A stretch of DNA of 64,000 bases from Bugula neritina (Eukaryota; Animalia; Bryozoa): positions 16,916,722-16,980,721 of the forward strand of contig OZ037766.1 in the NCBI GenBank assembly GCA_964035545.1, given 5' to 3'. Numbering within the stretch: the first letter of the stretch is position 1; the number at the start of each line of letters is the position of its first letter. A program made the translations under genes and the position numbers. Below, one piece after another: positions 56,701 through 64,000 of the stretch. The notes below the pieces were generated by a model. It was given only the letters and a program-made list of their open reading frames with translations. It was not told the DNA's origin and did no database searches.

Positions 56701-58635
56701 AGATTTTATTCAGGCCGCAGCATCAGTAATCATAGCCAAAGAACATTTAACTAGACTTAGCAGGGCAAAGATGGTTATTGAAATTGTGTTTAGTAAGTCC
56801 AGTGTTGAGTGGTATAGCTGGTTAGCAAGCTAATTTCTATTTATGCATTAATTGCAAGATATTTTATAACTATGTATGTGGCCCTACGATTAGACTGTTT
56901 GCCAATGCAGCCAATAATACAAATGTTGTCTGCATATTTAATTACAGTCACATTACTTTGGCTTGGGGTAATCATATTAGTGTAAATAGAAAACAATAGT
57001 GGAGATAAACAGCACCCCTATGCAGTTCCTGTGTTAGTTATGATTGGATTAGAGATTATGTCGTCCATTGTTGTTCTTCTACTGTTGTTCGCTGTACCCT
57101 GTTTGTAAGAAAGCTGTGAATCTCCTCAGTGACATTAGAGTCAATATGAGTTAGTTGCGTAATGAGGTCTGGGATACAGTATTGAAAGCAAAAGAAAAGT
57201 ATAGGAAGAGACACCTTGCTTAATTGGATGCTTTCTTGCCAATGAAACTTGTCACAGTTTGACATAAGAGTGCAATTTGTGTAGCGCGATTTACATGATG
57301 TGTGAAATAATACTTATGCATAAATGTATAAGTTATAATGTAGTGTTTGATAAGTCTCTCCAGCAATTTGCATATACAGCTGGTGAGAGCTATTGGGTGA
57401 TATAGTTCAAGTAATTCGGGGTTTTTGTCCTTGGGAAATGGATTGATTACCGCAGATTTCTATGAATTTGGAGTTGACTTGGATTTGATGGAGAAGGTAA
57501 AAAAGTTTGGCAAAGACAGTTGCCAGTTGATAGCAGCAGAGTGTTAAAACTCCTAGTATGAGACCATCCGGACCTGCACCTTATATAAGGAGGTACTCTA
57601 ACTTACACTACTGTCATACTGGCCTCCTCTAAGTTACACTATTGCTTTTAGTCAACCGCAGGAAGAACAAAAATTTCAATGGTTAATAGGGCTATGCCAT
57701 GTTAAAGTGTGTACCAAATGTCTCCACTATACTACTACTACATGAGATTTGTAATATATATGATATATTAGTTTCGTAATATAGACCACATATAGATAGT
57801 GCCTATCTCATCATTATTTGTTAAAAATATTTGTTAAAAAAATATAAGTCTTGCCTCATATTTCCAAAAAGCTAGAAACTGTTGGCTTTTTAAAATATTT
57901 ATGCGAGAGGCTACACAACAATAATTAATAATAAGTGAGCACTGGAATACTGACTGCGCTGAAATACTATAGGTGCCTATGATCACCTCAGAAATAAATA
58001 TGACTTTTTATCACAGCAATATTCAAAGGGACTTTGAAAAGTTAATTTTGTGTTTCTCATAATACTGCCACAATCAGAAAGGAAATGTGTTATTATAATA
58101 GTGTGCGTAGAAAAAGTAAAATTAACTCGATGAATATGACACGGAAAGAGTATGAACACACTTAGCCAATGGCGCATCTTTAGTAGATCGAATATTTGGA
58201 AAGTCCACAGTGCCTTCAGCCAGCACCTGAGTGCCAGGTAAAAACTTGAGGCAGTTGGGATTAGGAGTTTCCTGTGTTTGTATAAATAACGTCCTTCTTG
58301 CTGCAAAACGCAAGCATATTTAAGTATTCTGTGCAGAATAGCAGTTCTTATACTGCATCGGACAGGGAAACTCGGCAACAAAAATAATTGAAAAGTAATA
58401 CAACTTGTTTAATGGCAACTAACCATTCCAGCATTATGACCATTAAAAGAACAGCCATGAGTAAACTAACCCGTCACAATACTGATCCAAACTTACCTTG
58501 TGTTAGAGCTGATGATCTTAGTTTAGTATATAGCAACAGAGAACGGTGTACAGTTGGTGGGAACGACGAGAAACTACGAGTAACATGATTCAATTTTGAA
58601 ATCGATTGCAAACTACAAAACAGCATATTACTCAT
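44749..58635 (-). CDS. NFU1: NFU1 iron-sulfur cluster scaffold, mitochondrial, 6 exons, ~265 aa
   Basis: Exons 58635-58497 (Ser/Arg/Leu-rich, acid-free targeting peptide), 58300-58162 ([19 protein letters not shown]...PLAK), 46485-46295 ([22 protein letters not shown]), 45863-45760 ([20 protein letters not shown]), 45079-44939 ([32 protein letters not shown], CxxC motif), 44832-44749. All GT-AG, phases consistent, 798 nt. Confidence 0.96.
46872..46957. repeat. Third, partial copy of the terminal repeat (same orientation as the left copy)
   Basis: ggtacacactttagcatggcatagccctatgaacctttgaaatttttgctcctcctgc...gtaac aligns to 46571-46655. Confidence 0.85.
47035..47775 (+). mobile_element. Ty3/Gypsy pol remnant (RT core joined to the integrase C-terminal tail; RNase H and integrase core deleted)
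   Basis: [13 protein letters not shown]...[10 protein letters not shown]...FSKL...GFW...[22 protein letters not shown]...[12 protein letters not shown]...VKFMGHVV...DPEKV*, then VNYLSKFS and [14 protein letters not shown]...EIRKNRKHL. Contains stops. Confidence 0.9.
48081..49321 (+). pseudogene. Disrupted ORF with three CCHC zinc knuckles followed by a coiled-coil segment (probably TE-derived)
   Basis: [29 protein letters not shown] (canonical CX2CX4HX4C), [14 protein letters not shown]. After a frameshift near 48650: [25 protein letters not shown]. Internal stops. Confidence 0.65.
49359..49506 (+). repeat. Left LTR-like direct repeat of the Bel/Pao element
   Basis: ttggctgacccgctgtgcagtgctgcggt...ttttgtaactt, repeated at 51908-52061. 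Confidence 0.85.
51908..52061 (+). repeat. Right LTR-like direct repeat of the Bel/Pao element
   Basis: Aligns with 49359-49506 with scattered substitutions and one small indel. Abuts the truncated RT directly. Confidence 0.85.
53025..55400 (+). mobile_element. Decayed DDE DNA transposon, Sola-like transposase
   Basis: [10 protein letters not shown]...[12 protein letters not shown]...[18 protein letters not shown]...SDSFFSQNK...[18 protein letters not shown]. Possible terminus gagttccgtcccaaaatgggac at 53025. Superfamily assignment is from motif recall. Confidence 0.65.
55830..56795 (+). mobile_element. PIF/Harbinger transposase remnant (DDE_Tnp_4 / HARBI1-like), apparently intron-containing
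   Basis: [10 protein letters not shown]...MRQAI...[10 protein letters not shown]...[12 protein letters not shown]...EEWKNIAEG; ADEKH...[13 protein letters not shown]; [10 protein letters not shown]; [10 protein letters not shown]. Stops and frameshifts. Confidence 0.88.
56800..57590 (-). mobile_element. Non-LTR retrotransposon (LINE) RT remnant, Rex1/Babar-like, 5'-truncated
   Basis: Minus-strand translation: KGAGPDGL...CCYQLATVF...[16 protein letters not shown]; [11 protein letters not shown]; [20 protein letters not shown]...[11 protein letters not shown] (decayed YADD). Confidence 0.85.
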
Positions 58636-58807
58636 TTAATGTCTTTGTATTAGACTAAAGTCAACATACATTGATTAGTATGGGAGTGTTACTATTCGTT
58701 AGGTTGTCAGGTCAAATATAAATGTGAGTCTTAAATTTAAGGCATTTAGCTAACACAAAACACAACTAGCCAGCTTCAAAATTCAATTCATTTAGTGTTA
58801 AATGTCA

Positions 58808-58995
58808 AGAGCAGCTGTGGTACAGTGGTTAGAACATTGGTCTAGTAAACACATGGTCAGTGGTTGGTGATGTCAGAAAGAGCTTCCTGTTATAATTGCT
58901 CCCAAGCCACATATGAATGTCCTTAGCCCGCTTTAAAAAATCTTCTGTTAGCGTTTCTCACAAGGATAGCGACCACGAACTTAATTTTGAGAGTT
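58808..58995 (+). mobile_element. tRNA-derived SINE copy (internally deleted) just upstream of the NFU1 start codon
   Basis: agagcagctgtggtacagtggttagaac...ttggtgatgtcagaaagagc...ataattgctcc...gtccttagcccgctttaa...tttctcacaaggatagcgac matches 4715-4930. Confidence 0.8.
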
Positions 58996-59595
58996 GAGAC
59001 TAGAGGCTAATGTTACATTTCATAGACATCCACCCGATTGGAAAAGTTATGGTAATACAGTTCTATAAAATTTGCTAGCAAAAATAAAAGACAAGACTAT
59101 TATAAAGCACCACAAATATATTGTATTAAATTATTTTGTTACTAACAGAGATTTTTGAGGCAAAACTACTGGTGAATAAACTTCATCGTATTTTTTTACT
59201 TATGCTATTTATTTGCCTGCAGTTAAACAACATAGGGAGAGCAAGTAGGTTATAACAATGACTATGATATAAGAATAGCTATAAATTATAATACAAATAA
59301 TTAAACATAACAAAAATAAGTTGATAATAATAAATTTAAGTGTTAGATTTTTTGAGTATGATCAAGATATGCACAATAAATTTATTATTTTTTGGTGTTC
59401 AATTCACAATACCTTAAATTTCTTTACCTATCACAATTTTCAACTGAAGTTTGAAATGAAGTGAAAGTACTTCATCAACTTACAGTCAATATGAATACAT
59501 GATTGTTTATAAGTTTATAACAATCACAACCACAATATCTATTCAAACGACTTACATACAATTTATAGTAAATTGGTGGGTACTGTTAGTGTTAT

Positions 59596-59808
59596 AAACA
59601 GTCACGAAAGTTTATAGTCGTTATCCCTGTGAGAAAACCCTGACAGAAAGGGTTTTTGTTAAATCAGGCTAATGACTTGTTCAGATGACGCGCAGGAGCA
59701 ATTATGACTGGATCCTTCCCAACATCACCATTGGCCTTTGTCGGATTTGATCCAATGACTTCATGTTCGCAAAGCAAACACTTTAACCTCTAGACCACGG
59801 CTGCTCCC
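59596..59808 (-). mobile_element. tRNA-derived SINE copy, full length, with ~17 bp TSD
   Basis: Reverse complement starts gggagcagccgtggtctagaggttaaag. Flanked by ggtactgttagtgttat (59579-59595) and ggtattgttagtgttat (59810-59826). Confidence 0.82.
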
Positions 59809-59889
59809 TGGTATTGTTAGTGTTATGGCTTGACCAAAATGAATACTTTTGTAACCTTAGTTATTTCAAAGAAATTGTTATAAATATTA

Positions 59890-60420
59890 GCTGTGGTACT
59901 AATACTATTAGTAGAAGTAGTATTACTATTAATATAATAATAATAATCAATACTATTACTATTAGTATTACTATTGCCATTGGCATCATTATAAACTAAG
60001 AAATATACTTAGTCCTAATATCATACTAACGCTAAGCTTAATAGTAATGGTATATGATTATTAGTATTGGTAATAATAATTACTGATAATAATAGAATTA
60101 GAACTAAAAATATAAGTAGCACTAGTAGTACTAGTAGTAGTGATAAACATCAACATGAACATGGATATTCAATTTCATATTTAAATTAAAAATTATCACC
60201 TTGGCTTTGGGCTTGACTTTGAGGCTAGGCTTGGCCCGAAGCTTGGGGCTAACCTGAATTTTTGATTTTCACTTTTAGGTTCAAATTGAGATTCAGTGTG
60301 AGTAGACATAGTGATAGTCTTAGCCTTGCACATACTGATACTAATAGATTTGCTTCCCAAGTTGAGTTTTGAGTTAAAGTTTATACAGCTTGACTTTGAG
60401 TTTGAGTCTGACAACCGCAA
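59890..60420. repeat. Low-complexity tract: decayed (ATT/AGT/AAT) trinucleotide followed by a decayed hexamer repeat
   Basis: tattactattaatataataataataatc...tagtagtagtgat, then ttggct ttgggc ttgact ttgagg ... ttgagt tttgag with 6 bp periodicity. Confidence 0.6.
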
Positions 60421-61269
60421 TGGCTTAAGTTGCAGATCTTTCACTACGCTCAACCTGATCGCTGACTTGTACATATTTTTGGTTATAAAGATTTGACTTC
60501 TATTGAACAGATTTCAATTTAATTACAGGTTATTCGGATATTATAAAACCTGCAAGTGTATAATCAAATTCAGTTAGTTTGCGCATACTTATAGTAGTAG
60601 CCTTAGCTGTCTTAAACCTAAGGTGTCACTTAAGCATAAAGCCGCACAGTCGTCTACTCTACACATTGCCTTTATGCAAAGTCAAGGTTTATGTTTGCAG
60701 ATATTGCAGAAATAGCTTTATGCAGCACAAATATCATAAGATTGTTGCAGTCGTAGATTCGGCTGATGCAAACGCACGATGCGCCCAATGAACATCTTCT
60801 GTCTGTGCTGCATCTAGCACGACTTCTGCTCCAACGAAATTGTCCATATGCAGTAATCTGGCTGGACATTCAATCGCTCGATACTTTCTGATTGGCTAAT
60901 TAGTTATGATTGGCTTACTAATTAAAAGCGCACGAGATTACTTTAATGTCCTTGACTGTCATATGGTATTTGCCCCCCCTCTCTTTCTCTGTGTTTTCAT
61001 CTCAGCCACCATTATAATATCTTACTCCCTATCTCTTCTGCGCGCATGTCTACACCATTGAAGAGGTCTCTTCCTCATGCCTATTGCGATGGCTTTTATT
61101 TTGGCCTCCTCCCTTATATTATCATTTGTTACATGGTCTTCCCACTCTATATTGTAAATGTGTCAAAGCATCCTCATCTCAGTTGCACTTATCTTGTCCT
61201 TTTGTCTTTGAGTCAGTGGCCATGTCTGATATCCATACGTCAGTGTAGGTTTTATTGCCATCTTGTATA

Positions 61270-63344
61270 ACAGAACCTCCAGCTTGGTGGAAATTTTCTT
61301 ATCTTCTTGTCGCCAACTGTTCTGAAAACTCAATTTTCACAGATTTTTTTAGAATTGACTTGGTCTTAGCTTCTCTTATTTTCCCTGCTTCCTTGAATGT
61401 AGAAGGTGGCAATGCTGCAAGTTTATGAGCCATTAAAGAGTCTGCATCCAAATTCTTGGTCTGCTTGAGTGCAATGGCTTGGGCATGTATGACTTCAGAA
61501 TCATACACAGTGGTATTAGAAACCTTAATATGCTTTTGAGATGATACCATTGTCTTCATTTTAAATGACAAGGATTTATTTAGCCCCTTCCACTAGTTCA
61601 CTTTAAATTCTTGTATAGATGCTTTACCTATAACAAAAATATTGTCAATAATAATTGCTGAATAACTGATGGCTTTCTCTGTTTCAATATTGACAAGAGC
61701 AACTGGATGGGATCATTCTTTGAGTGGGACATTGTAGTTGCAGAGTTCAATCTTCCTTTTGACAGACTCCCTGTCCTTTAAATCTGATTGGATTCTTGAT
61801 TGCATCTCTTCCTTATGAGTAGTGGAAGCATTTATTTCAGACTCATCTCTGATGTCACTGAGGCCTTACTGTATCTTGTTGCATGCAGAAGTGCTATACA
61901 CCCACACCTTGACAATTTCAGTTTTATTGGTGATGCCAATGATTCCCCCTTGCTGTGACCAAATCTTCACGACCTCAATGTTCATGTCTGGCCAGATGCT
62001 GTCGAGCTGGCCGCGTTTATGATGCATTGTGTGGTTACCAGCCGTGAATTCAATCCTTACATCTTGTGGCACGGGCTTCATGCTACACAGATATAAGTAC
62101 ATTTCCTCTTCCATTGCTAGGTGTAAGACCCAGTTTCCTTCTCTATCAGCTATGATGTTGGTGCTGATGGTAAAAATTAGTCTAATAAAGCACATGACCC
62201 ACAGTTTTGCTGTTCTTGAGCTCTCTGAAATCTTAGTCAACATCTTGTCAAGGTCCTCCATGCTAGTGATTACACTTTTATCAAAGACTGGCTTCAACAG
62301 CTCTCCCACCAATATTCTCAGGCCCTGTACATTTTGGGGAAACCACCAAAAGTAGAATTAACTAGGTACTCCTACCAAATCAGTTTCAGCCATTAGTGTT
62401 CCAGTGCACCCAACATGGGTCATTAAAAAGGGAGAAATTAATAGTAAACGTTTATGAAAGGGAATTAGTATAAAAAAAGGTAGGGAACCCCTGTTCTAAC
62501 AGATATATTACTTTCCCAGCATGAAATAGATTCTCATAAAAAAAAACTGTTTACAAGTGCTTTTAGAAAAAAGTCAAATGTGCTGATAGTAGAAGTAGTT
62601 TTCGAAAGCAAACATGTCAATATTTAGATAAATGATGTGTCAACAACAAAGCAATTAAATTATGTAAAGAAGCCATGGTGTTGTGTTATTAAAGTTGTTT
62701 ACCCTTTTTTTTAACTTTGAAAAACATAGTTAAAGTTTTGAAACTAAAAATAACTATTAAATTGGCAGCTCAAGAAACCTTTTTGATAGGCATGCTAGTT
62801 TGAAATAAATTGCTATTTAGCTCATATGACAATGACGTTGCATTTCAATTTTGCAAAACCCTTTTCAGCTTTATTTGTTTGACATATTATTTGTAATCAG
62901 CATATAAAGTCACCCCATATAGTAAATTTTCATGAACTTAGAACAAACTGATGCAGGCATGCAAGAAAATTATAAACACGGCAAGGCTAGGTTAAACTTA
63001 AAAAAATGAATGATTGAGGCTTTGCCTAGTTACCCTTGGGTATCATTTGCTTATTACTCAATAATACACATGATAAATGCACATGCATCTTTATTATAAT
63101 AATTTCTAAAGATTTCAAAGCATTAGAACCTTAAATTTAGCCTCGGTAGGTAGATACATTTGAATTATGAAAAATCGCCTGGTGCCTGGCGGCCATATTG
63201 AATTTCTCGAAATGCTCAAGGGTAAGAAGTTCACACCCACCTGGAAACATTTACCTAGACCCTATATATGAATAATCAGAAGAAAAAAAACTTTATCCGG
63301 GATTGCGAACCTAAGTCAAAAATTGGTGTTTTTCTGCCAGACTA
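61270..63344 (-). mobile_element. Academ-like DNA transposon remnant (transposase fragments plus one terminus)
   Basis: Minus-strand fragments VGCTGTLMAETDL...FPQNV, TAKLWV, DREGNWVLHL, GNHTMHH...IWPDMNIE, GGIIGIT, HKEE...RIQSD...DR, HKLAALPPSTF...KSILKK. Terminus on - reads tagtctggcag (63344) with an internal aatatggccgcc motif. Superfamily assignment is from recall. Confidence 0.6.
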
Positions 63345-64000
63345 TAATAACAGAATGTTATAAGCATGATTATGTAACACCTCAAGATCATAAAATAAGA
63401 AAACCTAGTGCCACATTTTCTATGCAAAACAGGTTTATTATAGGGCCTAGAGTCCTAGACTATAGTGTCAATTGTGTATTATAGATTCAAAGTCTACAAT
63501 TATTTCAGCTAGTTGTCAATCAGCAACTTTCTTTTTCATTTAAAGTGATAGCATGAAACTGTTTATTGTGAGTGTGTCTATGAGAATATTAAAAGTTAAT
63601 AAAGAAAAAACATGTTCCACATTTTATTTGTTTTATATTAGATAAAATATTATATTGAAAATAACATTTTCGCAAATAGCACCAATCTAAAGTTTCTCAT
63701 GCCAATATCTGTGACAAAGTGTGCTCTATGCGTTATAATAGCATTAGTTTTGCATGGTTATACAAACACTATAAAAAGTTTAGTTGCAATGAAAATTTGA
63801 AACAAAATAATAATTTAGAGCTGTAAATATCTTTTTATAGACACACACACACCTATCGGCTTACTGCAGGTACAAAGTGCTGTTGTAACATAAACCTCAG
63901 ATCTATGCAAGTTGTTATTTCTCCATGTAACACTAGGCTTATGCATTTTATAAACTATAATCTTATATATTATTTTAATGCAAATGTTTCACTTTTGATG

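Larger units (their letters stand above)
46551..57741. mobile_element. Composite 11.2 kb transposon block in NFU1 intron 2, bounded by ~140 bp inverted repeats and a 22 bp direct repeat
   Basis: 46551-46690 is the reverse complement of 57599-57741 (~85% identity by eye). Flanks are atgagatttgcaatatacatga (46529-46550) and atgagatttgtaatatatatga (57742-57763). Confidence 0.75.

Noticed and set aside
46551-57741. Polinton/Maverick element (AGT-like termini, >10 kb, TIRs)
   Set aside because: No pPolB, packaging ATPase, capsid or Polinton integrase recognised, and the flanking duplication is 22 bp rather than 6 bp.
60196-60496. 92 aa and 61 aa ORFs with alternating residues
   Set aside because: Product of a decayed hexamer repeat, with no domain or splice support.

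Overview
AT-rich, intron-containing eukaryotic DNA, most likely from an invertebrate animal (GT-AG introns, a tRNA-derived SINE family, Bel/Pao and Harbinger remnants). Three spliced genes can be rebuilt by hand with consistent splice phases. (1) A BTB-BACK-Kelch (KLHL-family) gene on + (84-8628, 11 coding exons, ~627 aa). (2) A convergent LZTS/Fez1-family coiled-coil gene on - (10581-38614, 3 coding exons, ~584 aa, long introns, candidate alternative first exons). (3) The mitochondrial Fe-S scaffold NFU1 on - (44749-58635, 6 exons, ~265 aa). The most unusual structure is NFU1 intron 2 (~11.7 kb). It holds an 11.2 kb block bounded by ~140 bp inverted repeats and a 22 bp target-site-like direct repeat. 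The block is packed with decayed Gypsy, zinc-knuckle, Bel/Pao, Sola-like, Harbinger and LINE fragments, five of six antisense to NFU1. Elsewhere there are four SINE copies, two MITE candidates, an Academ-like transposon remnant, a G-free 14 bp minisatellite whose reverse strand is an array of 5' splice-site motifs, a graded (GT)n repeat, a tandem AP-1/E-box cluster and a palindromic bidirectional poly(A) signal candidate. All coordinates and identities were counted by eye; no searches were run.
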